DNA of 64,000 bases, taken from an uncultured cyanobacterium (GTDB taxonomy: Bacteria; Cyanobacteriota; Cyanobacteriia; Cyanobacteriales; Nostocaceae). Of the stretch, positions 8,711 through 18,757 are shown in pieces (positions within the stretch are counted from its first letter, which is position 1; every line of letters starts with the position of its first letter). Under the pieces are notes generated by a model. That model did not search any database, was not told the DNA's origin, and saw only the letters and a program-made list of their open reading frames with translations. The DNA lies in assembly GCA_963740315.1 (NCBI GenBank), contig CAVUDP010000002.1:3392001-3456000 (forward strand), in the 5' to 3' direction. The position numbers were made by a program, and so were the translations under genes.

Positions 8711-9196
8711 TTAATTAGCAAGCAATTCCTGCAACTTGCTCAATACTTTCTCAACATGACCTTTGGTTCTTACGTTAGTCCAGATATAAGCTAAGTTACC
8801 ATCAGGTGAAATCAAAAAAGTTGAACGGACAACTCCCATATATTCCTTACCCATAAACTTTTTCAACTTCCATACACCATAAGCTTCGCATATTTGGTGT
8901 TCCGGGTCGCTTAAAAGCTGAATTGATAAATTGTGTTTGTCAATAAATTTGCAGTGAGATTGTTCGGAATCGGGACTAATTCCTAAAATTTTCGCTCCCA
9001 AATCGTTAAATTTTTGCGAGTATTCGCTGAAGTCTTTTGCTTCCACGGTACAACCTGGTGTATCGTCTTTGGGATAAAAATAGAGAACAAGCCAACTAGA
9101 TTGGAAATCTTCTAACTTTACCAATCCATTTTGGTTTGTTGCGCTAAATGATGGCGCTTTTTCTCCCGTTTTGGGAATTTCGGTAATCTCTGACAT
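8711..9196 (-). CDS. bcp: Peroxiredoxin Q / bacterioferritin comigratory protein
   Basis: YFYPKDDTPGCTVEA motif; RSTFLI. Confidence 0.93.
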   Translation of the reverse strand: MSEITEIPKTGEKAPSFSATNQNGLVKLEDFQSSWLVLYFYPKDDTPGCTVEAKDFSEYSQKFNDLGAKILGISPDSEQSHCKFIDKHNLSIQLLSDPEHQICEAYGVWKLKKFMGKEYMGVVRSTFLISPDGNLAYIWTNVRTKGHVEKVLSKLQELLAN

Positions 9197-9282
9197 AGGG
9201 GGAAGAGGGGATGGGGGGATGGGGAGATAGGGAGAAAATTATTAACTCATAACTCTTAACCTTTAACCTTTAACCTTTAACC

Positions 9283-12200
9283 TTAACTGGCTGGTGGTAA
9301 CTTAATTCTATCTTCTTCAATAATTTTACGGCGCGATCTCTTTCTAAAGCCGTATTTCGCTGTATTAATAATCCAATGCTGAAAGTTATCAATATAGATG
9401 AACAATACTGGTACCACTACTAAAGTCAATAAAGTAGAAGTTGTAAAGCCACCGATAACCGCAACACCCATTGATTGACGGACTTCTGCACCAGCACCTA
9501 GCCCTAATGCTAAAGGAAAAGTACCGGCGATCGTGGAAAGAGAAGTCATCAAAATCGGACGCAAACGCGATATACCAGCGTCTAAAACTGCTTGACGTTG
9601 TTTTTTACCTTGTTCTAAGCCGATGATTGCATAATCTACTAAGAGAATTGAGTTTTTGGTGACGATTCCTACCAACAACACGATACCAATTAAGGCATAT
9701 AGTCCCAAGGCTTTTTGAGTAACCATCAATCCTAAGAGAGTGCCACCCAAGCATAAAGGTAGCGCCACCATAATAGCGATCGGGTGAAGGAAGTTATTGT
9801 ATAGCAACACCAAGATTGCGTAAATCATCATCACTGCTAAACCCAATGCAGTACCGAAGCGTCCGAAAATTTCCTCCATAATTTCTGCATCTCCAGCCGA
9901 ACGCCTACTTACTTCCGGTGGTAAATTTTTCATCCCTGGTAGATCGTTTACTGCTTCCAATCCGTCACCCAAAGAGATACCTTTTAAATTAGCTTCCACC
10001 GAAACTTGACGCATTCGATCGAAACGGTTGATAGTTGCCGCACCGCTGCCAAAACGGATATCTGCAACCGCGAGTAATGGAACTAAACCACCATTTTGAC
10101 TGGGAACTTGGAGATTTCTAATATTTGTGATGTCTTCTCGCGCTTTGGGATCGATTTGGACTCGAATCGGAATTTGGCGATCGCTAAGATTATATTTTGC
10201 TAAGTTCGCATCGCTATCACCAATCGTTGCGAGTGTTGCAGTACGGGCAATTGACTGTACGGTTACACCTAAATCTGCGGCACGTTGCGGATCGGGTACT
10301 ACCAAAATTTCCGGTTTTACTAAACTAGCGGTAGAAGATGCCTCTATCAATCCCGGTAGGGTTCGCATCTGCTTTTCTAAATCATCAGCAGCTTTTTTCA
10401 ACGCGATCGGATTTTCACTTTGTAAAACTATAGTTAAATCCTTTCTACCACCGACAGCACCAGTACTTTGGAAACTAATTTTCGCTCCCGGAATTTGTCC
10501 AAATTGGGGACGTATTTGTTCTTCAAACTCGCTTTGAGATTTTCGTTCTTCCTTGGGTTTCAATTTAACGGTAAGACTTGCCGAACCAACATTTTCTGTA
10601 GATAAAACACTTTCAACGTCAGGATTTTGTTGAATTAAATTTGTTGCTTGTGTTACTACCCGTTTGGTGTCTGCCAAAGTCGAACCGGGAGCTAATTCCA
10701 CCGATACCTCAGAAATCCCGACATCCGCACCATCAACCAAACCCTTGGGAATCATCGGTACCAGCATCAAGCTACCAATAAAGAAAGCCAAAGCCAGCAG
10801 CAAAGTTGTTGTACGATGACGTAAAGCCCATCTGAGTGTAGAAGCATAAGGCTGAAAACGACGAGATTTTTGATTATTTCCCCTTGTCTCCTTGTCCCCT
10901 TGTCCCCTTGTCTCCTTTTCCTTTGACTTTAACAAATACGCTCCCATCATCGGCGTTACCATCCGCGCTACTGCTGTGGAGAATACGGTGGCGGCGGTAA
11001 CTGTCATGGCGAAGGGTTGGAAAAATTGACCGGGAATTCCGCCCATGAATGCTACTGGTAAAAATACGGCAACGATGGTGGCAGAAGTTGCAATTACCGC
11101 TAAACCCATTTCTTCTGATGATTCAAAAGCTGCTTGTTTGGGTGCTTTACCCATCGCCAAATGCCGCTCCATGTTTTCGATTTCGACGACGGCATCATCA
11201 ACTAAGTTACCTACTGCTAAACCCAAACCCAATAAAGTCATATTGTTGAGAGTGTAGCCCAAAGCAAATATTACGCCGAAAGTAGGAATAATTGATAAAG
11301 GTAAAGTTACTGCTGTAATTAAAGTTGCTCGCCAGTCGCGTAAAAACAGTAGAATTACGACCACAGCTAATACAGATGCCATTAATAGCTCGTCCATCGT
11401 ACTTTCGTAAGAATCGCGAACAAAAGTAGCTCTGGTAAAAATCAATTCCATTTTTACATCTTGAGGAAGAGTTTTTTCCAGCTTTGCAACTTCTTTTTTG
11501 ACTCCTTCTTCCACCGTCACCATGACGCTACCAGTACTACGCAATACCTGTAAAGCAACTACTGGTTTATTATTCAAGCGTGCAGATTGACGAACTTCAC
11601 CAAAACTATCTTCTACATTTCCTAAAGTAGATAAAGCAACCGAACCACCACTCGGAAGAATAATTTGATAATTTTTCAAAACATCTACACTTTGAGCGCT
11701 ACCCAAAGTCCGGATACTTTGTTCGCTGCCGCCAATTTCCGCACGCCCACCCGGTAAGTTAATATTAAAAGCTCGTAATTGGTCGTTTACTTGAGTCGCA
11801 GTGATACCCAAAGACTGCAAGCGGTCGGGATCGAGATTAACGCGAATTTCTCGGTCAACCCCACCTATACGGCGGATTTCAGCGACACCTTTTGCTGATA
11901 GCAAAGCGCGATTGATAGTTTCGTCAACCAGATTGCTCAACTCCTCCACCGAACGTTTATCCGAAGTGACCACATAAGTCATAATTGCACTACCGGAAAA
12001 CTCCAGACGCTGCACAATTGGATCGTTGATATCTTGGGGAAGACTTTGACGAATTTGCGCGATCGCATTGCGAACATCATTAGTAGCGCGATCGCTATCG
12101 GTTCCCAAATCAAAGTTGATGGTAGTAATACTTACGCCATCGGTAACAACCGAACGCAATTCATCGATGTTGCCCAAACCAGCAACCGCATCTTCAATTT

Positions 12201-12402
12201 TCTTCGTCACCTGAGATTCAAGTTCCGTAGGACCCGCACCAGGTTGACTTACCCTAACTTGAACCGAAGGAATATCAATATTAGGGCTGGTATCAATTCC
12301 CAAATTATTAAAGCAGAACCAGCCAACTATAGTCAAAATTGAAAATAAAACTATCGTTGGAATTGGTTTTTTTATCGACCAAGCAGAAACGTTAAAATTC
12401 AT
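9283..12402 (-). CDS. RND efflux transporter permease (AcrB family)
   Basis: 1039 aa, 12-TM pattern, GNLVDDAVVEIEN and RLRPILMTS motifs. Confidence 0.95.
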   Translation of the reverse strand: MNFNVSAWSIKKPIPTIVLFSILTIVGWFCFNNLGIDTSPNIDIPSVQVRVSQPGAGPTELESQVTKKIEDAVAGLGNIDELRSVVTDGVSITTINFDLGTDSDRATNDVRNAIAQIRQSLPQDINDPIVQRLEFSGSAIMTYVVTSDKRSVEELSNLVDETINRALLSAKGVAEIRRIGGVDREIRVNLDPDRLQSLGITATQVNDQLRAFNINLPGGRAEIGGSEQSIRTLGSAQSVDVLKNYQIILPSGGSVALSTLGNVEDSFGEVRQSARLNNKPVVALQVLRSTGSVMVTVEEGVKKEVAKLEKTLPQDVKMELIFTRATFVRDSYESTMDELLMASVLAVVVILLFLRDWRATLITAVTLPLSIIPTFGVIFALGYTLNNMTLLGLGLAVGNLVDDAVVEIENMERHLAMGKAPKQAAFESSEEMGLAVIATSATIVAVFLPVAFMGGIPGQFFQPFAMTVTAATVFSTAVARMVTPMMGAYLLKSKEKETRGQGDKETRGNNQKSRRFQPYASTLRWALRHRTTTLLLALAFFIGSLMLVPMIPKGLVDGADVGISEVSVELAPGSTLADTKRVVTQATNLIQQNPDVESVLSTENVGSASLTVKLKPKEERKSQSEFEEQIRPQFGQIPGAKISFQSTGAVGGRKDLTIVLQSENPIALKKAADDLEKQMRTLPGLIEASSTASLVKPEILVVPDPQRAADLGVTVQSIARTATLATIGDSDANLAKYNLSDRQIPIRVQIDPKAREDITNIRNLQVPSQNGGLVPLLAVADIRFGSGAATINRFDRMRQVSVEANLKGISLGDGLEAVNDLPGMKNLPPEVSRRSAGDAEIMEEIFGRFGTALGLAVMMIYAILVLLYNNFLHPIAIMVALPLCLGGTLLGLMVTQKALGLYALIGIVLLVGIVTKNSILLVDYAIIGLEQGKKQRQAVLDAGISRLRPILMTSLSTIAGTFPLALGLGAGAEVRQSMGVAVIGGFTTSTLLTLVVVPVLFIYIDNFQHWIINTAKYGFRKRSRRKIIEEDRIKLPPAS

Positions 12403-12542
12403 TGAATTTAGTAGTTAGCAGTTATAGAATTTTGGATTTTAGATTTTAGATTTTGGATTCAAAACTTTTAGAAAGTACGAATATTAGGGATTTGGAAAAA
12501 ATAACTTATCTAATAACGGTAGTGCGAGCATCTTGCTCGCTT

Positions 12543-12726
12543 GAGATACAGCAGCCAGATAAATGAGTTACAGCACTAAGCCAGATAAACGAGATACAGC
12601 ACTAGCCAGATAAATGAGTTACAGCACTAAGCCAGATAAATGAGTTACAGCACTAAGCCAGATAAATAAGATACAGCACTAGCCAGATAAATAAGATACA
12701 GCACTAAGCCAGATAAATGAGTTACA
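12543..12726. repeat. Tandem array of seven 25-26 nt units
   Basis: GCCAGATAAA recurs at 12554, 12580, 12605, 12631, 12657, 12682 and 12708; consensus GCCAGATAAATGAGTTACAGCACTA(A); no unique spacers. Confidence 0.9.
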
Positions 12727-13080
12727 AAACTATATACTAAAACTCTTGTAGGGTGAGCATTCCGGAGCGTCCGAACGTACTTAATCTTTATTCTTATATG
12801 CTGTATAAGTAGTCGTGCAAAAGTAATTTTACATTCAGAAAACTTCAAGTTATTGGGATTGCTATCTCCCTCCGGGAGACGCTGCCAATACGGTTCCTCG
12901 CTTCGGACAATATACAATTAATTTTGCTTAAGTACTTATAGCGAGCAAGATGCTCGCACTACCCAATCTGAATTCTAAATTAGATATTTTTTCATTTAGA
13001 AGTCTCTTAAGTAATAAAGATGGAATTTCTGCCCATCTCCCCATCTCCCCATCTCCCCATCTCCCCATCCCCTTGTCCCC

Positions 13081-14589
13081 TCATGATTTCGCCACCCGTA
13101 CTTTATCCCCATCTTTGAGATACCCCGCACCTTCAACTACAATATTTTTTCCGGGTTGCAAACCAGTTTTAATTTCTATTTTTCCACCTTTGAGAATTTC
13201 TCCGGTTTCTACTTTTTGACTGTTGACAATATTGTTTTGCGCTAAAACAAATACAATCGCGCTGCCGTCGGGTTGGGGAAGTACTGCTTTTTGCGGTACT
13301 GCTACACTCATGTTTGTATCGGTAACAATTGCTGCGCGGGCAAACATTCCCGGTCTAAGTAAGTTTGTGGCAGGTAAGTCAATTTTTACCGTTGCTTCGC
13401 GGTTTTGCTGGTTAACTATGGGTTCTATTTCTTTAACTTTCCCTTGCAATTTAATCCGATTATCTACTTCACTTGTAATCTGGGCTGGTGCGCCGATTTT
13501 TATTTGTGATAGTTGAACTGTGGGAACTTTTGCCTGTAATTCTAAATTTCCGCTACGAATAATTGAAAATAGCTTTTGGCTGCCACCAACTACGTTTCCT
13601 ACTTGGGTTTGCGGTGGTACACCCGTGATGTCTCCGACTCTGGCAAGTTTTTCTGCAACTGTTCCGGAAACGGGTGCGCGGACTATTGTTTGTCCTAACT
13701 GGGTTTTTAACTGCTGTACTTTAGCTGTAGCAATACGAACTCCTGCTTTAGCGCTGTTGACTCTGGCGATCGCGCTCTTTACACCTGCTTCGGCACTGCT
13801 GATGTTTGCTTTGGCGCTGCTAACTCCTGCGATCGCGCTACGAATATTTGCTTCGGCAATCCGTACTGCTTCTTGTGCAGTTTCAAAATTCGTTTCAGCA
13901 GTTTCAAATAATTGCTTACTAATTGCCCCTTGGTTAGAAAGTTTTTGATTGCGCTGATAATTTCTTTCGGCTTCTCTTAATTTTGCTTTTGAAGCAGCTA
14001 AATCGGCTTGTCTTTGCTCGACTGTTGCTTGGCTTGAGATTACAGTGGCTCTACTTGATTCTAAAGCTGCTTGTTTGGAAGCTAAATCCGCAACTCTTGA
14101 AGCAACTTCGGCTTGTTGGGATTCGACTTCTGCTTTGGCTTGACGAATTTGATCTTGTAATAGCGAGTCATCTAAAACTGCCATCACCTGCCCTTCCTTA
14201 ACCGAATCTCCTTGCTTGACCGAAATTTGCTTGATTTGCAAACCATTAGATTGAGGTAAAACCGGAGTCAATTCGCTAGCTGCAACAGTACCAGTAACGC
14301 TCAGATTGCGAGCAACTCTCGTGAATTCTACCAGAGCTAGAGTAACAGTCATTGCTGGAGCGACTGGCTGAGTAGATTGATTTGCTACATTTGGTTCATT
14401 TTTGGGACGATTGCTTAATAAACGCATTCCTCCAAAGGTTATTCCAACTCCCAAAGCCATACCCAATAGCATAATTGTCCACCAAGGGCGCTGTTTTTCG
14501 GTTTCGGTATACTCTTTGAAAGTCGCTTCTTCGATCGCGGCTTCTTCTTTTGCTGGAATCTCTGAAAAATTTTGGTCCCCTGCTGTCAT
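13081..14589 (-). CDS. RND efflux membrane fusion protein
   Basis: Single TM, lipoyl-like halves (VKQGDSVKEGQ; VRAPVSGTV), long coiled coil, LRPGMFA; upstream of the permease. Confidence 0.92.
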   Translation of the reverse strand: MTAGDQNFSEIPAKEEAAIEEATFKEYTETEKQRPWWTIMLLGMALGVGITFGGMRLLSNRPKNEPNVANQSTQPVAPAMTVTLALVEFTRVARNLSVTGTVAASELTPVLPQSNGLQIKQISVKQGDSVKEGQVMAVLDDSLLQDQIRQAKAEVESQQAEVASRVADLASKQAALESSRATVISSQATVEQRQADLAASKAKLREAERNYQRNQKLSNQGAISKQLFETAETNFETAQEAVRIAEANIRSAIAGVSSAKANISSAEAGVKSAIARVNSAKAGVRIATAKVQQLKTQLGQTIVRAPVSGTVAEKLARVGDITGVPPQTQVGNVVGGSQKLFSIIRSGNLELQAKVPTVQLSQIKIGAPAQITSEVDNRIKLQGKVKEIEPIVNQQNREATVKIDLPATNLLRPGMFARAAIVTDTNMSVAVPQKAVLPQPDGSAIVFVLAQNNIVNSQKVETGEILKGGKIEIKTGLQPGKNIVVEGAGYLKDGDKVRVAKS

Positions 14590-15342
14590 TACTGAGTCTC
14601 CTACCCACCCGCGATAACACGGCTTTGCTTAAGAAAAGTTGAAAATTATTACACTATATTAACTATTACCCATTTTCCGGTCTAATGGCTGTATTTGCAG
14701 ACTGAATTTACCCATGACAAAAGTCATATATTTGCTAGTTATAAGTATTTCTTGAGGATTCATAGGAATTATTTTTTCAGTTAAAATCCTTGCCTGAGTA
14801 GGTTTTTGTTCGGCAAGGACGGATAACCGAACAACTGAGATCACACCTGAGTACGTATTGAGATCGCAGCCACAAATCATTTTGTTGTGAAAGAATAATA
14901 AGTAATTCATATAGTCTGTTTACCCAGTGACGAAGTTCCTCATGGAGCCGGTGTATATATTTAGCGTAATTTGGGTAAGCTTTATTTATATAGCGTTAAG
15001 TTGGAGTTTCGACTGATAAAAAAAGTCCAAAAATGTATATTAATACATATTAATTTATTTTTGAATATGGGTATTTTCAAGATTTTTTATAACATCCAAA
15101 ATATGATTTTTAATTATGTATAAATAATTAGGATGTTGTGTAAACAAAAATTCTCACCGCTCGATATGTTTAATGTCGAGCAGCAATAAAGCCTGATTGA
15201 AATCGTTAACCGATCGGGTTTCGATTGCTTTTGCCTAGAAGTAGAAGATAAATTAAGTAGATTATTTTTAGATGTAGAAACCATCATTATCTAATCATCT
15301 GGAAAAATTCACATAAAATAAATTATTAACAGGGTAAAAAAT

Positions 15343-16284
15343 ATGTTTAGCGCAACTGAAGTTTTGATAGATGCTTTTGTAGATAGAGTTAGAGAAGGAT
15401 ACCGTCGTAGCTACGGCAGCTTGAAAACTGATTATCAAGACATTATCGCTTGGGTAGGAAGCATGGCTTTAGAAAATATTGCTAACAGCGATGCCCTATA
15501 TCATAACGTCGAACACTCAATCTTAGTTACACTAGTAGGACAAGAAGTTTTACGCGGCAAACATATACGAGAAGGTGGTGTTTCCAGCGAAGATTGGCTG
15601 CATTTTATTATCTCTTTGCTGTGTCATGATATTGGTTATGTAAAAGGAGTTTGTCGGCTAGACAAAGAAGAAGAAAGCCTGTATGCGGCAGGTAAAGATG
15701 AAGCAATGATTTCTTTACCTCTAGGTGCTTCAGATGCTAGTTTGACCCCATATCATGTTGATCGAGCAAAACTATTTATTGACGAGCGTTTTGGCGGTCA
15801 TAAATTAATCGATTCTGAAGTCATAAAATGCAATATAGAATTAACTCGTTTCCCGGTACCCGCAGCAGAAGATCATCAAGAAACTAATAGTTGTGCAGGT
15901 TTAGTACGTGCTGCCGATTTAATTGGTCAATTAAGCGATCCGCGTTATTTAAAGAAAATAACTTCTTTATTCTACGAGTTTGAAGAAACTGGAATGAATA
16001 AAATTTTAGGTTACAAAAATCCTGCGGATTTACGTAATAATTATCCAAAGTTTTATTGGAATGGTGTTTATCCATATATCAAAGATGGACTGCGTTACTT
16101 ATCTTTAACCCAACAGGGAAAACAGATAATTGCTAATTTGTACTCGAACGTATTTGTTGTAGAACACGAAAGACCGCAAGAAGAACAAATATATTTAGAA
16201 AATCTAGAAATTAGAGAAGTAGAAATGAAAGAATTATCCGGTCGAAGACCTGAAACACTAAAAACAAGAACAAGAGTTATTTGA
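15343..16284 (+). CDS. HD-domain metal-dependent phosphohydrolase (Npun_R2479-like)
   Basis: YHNVEHS, LCHDIGY, HVDR and AADLIGQL motifs. Confidence 0.85.
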   Translation: MFSATEVLIDAFVDRVREGYRRSYGSLKTDYQDIIAWVGSMALENIANSDALYHNVEHSILVTLVGQEVLRGKHIREGGVSSEDWLHFIISLLCHDIGYVKGVCRLDKEEESLYAAGKDEAMISLPLGASDASLTPYHVDRAKLFIDERFGGHKLIDSEVIKCNIELTRFPVPAAEDHQETNSCAGLVRAADLIGQLSDPRYLKKITSLFYEFEETGMNKILGYKNPADLRNNYPKFYWNGVYPYIKDGLRYLSLTQQGKQIIANLYSNVFVVEHERPQEEQIYLENLEIREVEMKELSGRRPETLKTRTRVI

Positions 16285-16308
16285 ATCAGTTACCAGTTGA
16301 CTGGTTCC

Positions 16309-16546
16309 TAGTACTCCACCACATTAATTTTGAGGGGTAAAAAACCTCTTCGTAGGTTGGGTTAAGCGGAGCGCAACCCAACACGGGTGTTGGGCTTCAC
16401 TGCGTTCAACCCAACCTACGTAACTAATAGTCCAAATCATTAATTTTTATAAGTTTGTAGTAAGGTCATTGGTTCCCTAAATCCGGAGCGCTGAAGCACT
16501 TACTACGAACCTTATTACTCATCAGAACTAATGAAATGCACTACTA
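16309..16546. mobile_element. Two abutting MITE-like elements with REP-like cores
   Basis: GTAGGTTGGGTT...AACCCAACCTAC palindrome, then GTAGTAAG...CTTACTAC core, within flanks shared with 39070-39190 and 46098-46205. Confidence 0.6.
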
Positions 16547-16658
16547 TAAACTCGGTTTTTTAGAAAAGCGGGGTTTCTTGTTATTCCAAATTCTGATAGA
16601 TTTTTCTTCAAATATCCCAGTAGGATAACTAAAGCAAGCGAATATAGTTCCCAAATTC

Positions 16659-17501
16659 ATGTCTCTCACCCTCAACTCCGAATATAAAAGCTTTGGTGGA
16701 AAACTCGGCTTTTATTCCCATCCCTCAACTAGCTGTAATGGTGAAATGCGCTTGTGCGTTTACCAACCAGCCCAAGCTGAATCCCAAAGCTTACCAATTC
16801 TTTATTTTCTCTCCGGTTTAACTTGTACCGAAGAAAACTTTATGGTCAAAGCTGGAGCGCAAAAATATGCCGCAGAACATGGTTTAATTTTAGTTGTACC
16901 AGATACAAGCCCGCGCAACACGGGAATTAAAGGTGAAGATGACGATTACGACTTTGGAACGGGTGCGGGTTTTTACGTTGACGCAACCGAAAAACCTTGG
17001 TCATCTCACTACCAAATGTATAGCTATGTTGTCAAAGAATTACCTGAATTAATCGCCGCTAATTTTCAGGTACAGCAAGATAAACAAAGTATATTTGGTC
17101 ATTCAATGGGGGGACACGGTGCTTTAATTTGTGCCATGCGAAACCCCCAAAAGTATAGATCGGTTTCAGCTTTTGCACCTATCGCTGCACCTATTCAATG
17201 TGCATGGGGAGAAAAGTGTTTTAACATTTACTTGGGTGAAAACAAAGAAAGCTGGCGCGAATATGATGCGACTGAACTAGTAAAGCAATTTGGTTTTCAC
17301 AGTGAAATTTTAATCGATCAAGGTAGCGACGATAAATTTCTTCAACAGCAGCAACTGCTTCCAGATGTGTTTGAAAAAGCTTGTAAAGAAGTTAATCAAC
17401 CTTTGAATCTACGTTATCAACAAGGCTACGATCACAGTTATTATTTCATTTCCACATTTATAGAAGACCATATCCGTCATCATGCAAAAGCTTTACAGTG
17501 A
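16659..17501 (+). CDS. fghA: S-formylglutathione hydrolase
   Basis: LSGLTCTEENF, GHSMGGHGA and GYDHSYYF motifs. Confidence 0.95.
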   Translation: MSLTLNSEYKSFGGKLGFYSHPSTSCNGEMRLCVYQPAQAESQSLPILYFLSGLTCTEENFMVKAGAQKYAAEHGLILVVPDTSPRNTGIKGEDDDYDFGTGAGFYVDATEKPWSSHYQMYSYVVKELPELIAANFQVQQDKQSIFGHSMGGHGALICAMRNPQKYRSVSAFAPIAAPIQCAWGEKCFNIYLGENKESWREYDATELVKQFGFHSEILIDQGSDDKFLQQQQLLPDVFEKACKEVNQPLNLRYQQGYDHSYYFISTFIEDHIRHHAKALQ

Positions 17502-17783
17502 GCAGTTACCAGTTACCAGTGAGCAGTGAGCAGTGAGCAGTGAGCAATTATTAGTTATTATTGACTAGTTTAGACCTTATTACTTTAATAATTCATTCAA
17601 TAGTGTAAGTCGTATATGGCATCGTATTGAATTGTATTAAAAGATTGGATTTAAATAAATAAATACTTCATTTTGTAGTCAAGTACCGTCAAATAATCGT
17701 GTTTTAGAGAAGATAAAAAATTTGTTTAATTAGTCACTGATAACTGATAACTGCTCACTGTTCACTGCTCACTGATAACTGAT

Positions 17784-18563
17784 ATGATTTGGCAAGCTGA
17801 TTTTTATCGTCGTCCGCAATCGGATACATCGGAACAGGTATTCTGGGATTTATCGATTTGCGATTCAATGGATTTTAAATATGAAGCGAGTTGTCCCCAG
17901 TCACAAGCGAATTCTGCTTGGGTAGCTTCGCAAATTCAACAAGCAGCATCGGATAATTTACCAGATGTTATTCAAGTATTTCGTCCTCAATGTTTGAGTT
18001 TAATCGAACAAGCGGGGAATAGTTTGGGTATTAAAGTTGAAGCAACTCGTCGCACTGCTGCTTTAAAAAAATGGTTGTCACAAAAGCAGAAATTTACCGC
18101 TTTGGATAAGCCACCCCCGATACCTTTATCAGAAAATCTTTGGGGAGATAAATGGAGTTTTGCTACTTTACAAGCTGGTAATATTGCTGATTTTTTAGAA
18201 CGTCCAATTCCTATTTTAGAAACACCCGATTTGTTATTGCCGATAAATTTGGGCTTGGCTTCAACAGTGCAGATTCCAGGTGTGGTAATTTATGGCGGGC
18301 GTAAATCGATGCGTTTGGCAAGGTGGTTGCAAGAAAATCGTCCTGTAGCTTTGAATTATATTGCTGGTGCGCCGGATGGGTTGGTGTTGGAAGCGGGTTT
18401 GATAGATAGATGGATTGTGGCAACCTTTGAAGATGAAGAAGTTTCAGTTGCTGCAAAGCTTTACCAACAGCGCAAGCAGAATAGTCAAGGATTGCATTTT
18501 TTGTTAGTGCAGCCAGATGATTCTGGAATGACTTATACCGGCTTTTGGTTGTTGCAAGAATGA
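17784..18563 (+). CDS. Tab2/Atab2 family RNA-binding protein
   Basis: IWQADFYRRP start, IPGVVIYGGR, GLHFLLVQPDDSG..YTGFWLL end. Confidence 0.9.
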   Translation: MIWQADFYRRPQSDTSEQVFWDLSICDSMDFKYEASCPQSQANSAWVASQIQQAASDNLPDVIQVFRPQCLSLIEQAGNSLGIKVEATRRTAALKKWLSQKQKFTALDKPPPIPLSENLWGDKWSFATLQAGNIADFLERPIPILETPDLLLPINLGLASTVQIPGVVIYGGRKSMRLARWLQENRPVALNYIAGAPDGLVLEAGLIDRWIVATFEDEEVSVAAKLYQQRKQNSQGLHFLLVQPDDSGMTYTGFWLLQE

Positions 18564-18757
18564 TAGTTGATTTATTCGCGAATAAAAAATGTCAACTATT
18601 TATAGATAGATTTAGTGCGATCGCGAAATCTTTACCTCTTGGGGAAGTTTTAGAAATAGTTGCTAAGGTAAGCTACGGAAGAAACTGCCAGTTAGAAATT
18701 TCTTTGAGAAAATAGACCGAATTCTGGCAATATTAACTTTAATCTAAAATCTAATAG

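Noticed and set aside
12543..12726. Possible CRISPR array
   Set aside because: Units are head-to-tail with no unique spacers and no cas genes are in the window; it is a tandem repeat.
12645..13219. 90-aa and 89-aa ORFs in the RND intergenic region
   Set aside because: Built from repeats or antisense to the MFP gene; no protein-like signal.
10127..14201. Plus-strand ORFs antisense to the RND genes (similar cases occur within dinB, the ABC genes, the topoisomerase gene and gyrB)
   Set aside because: Shadow ORFs opposite well-supported genes.
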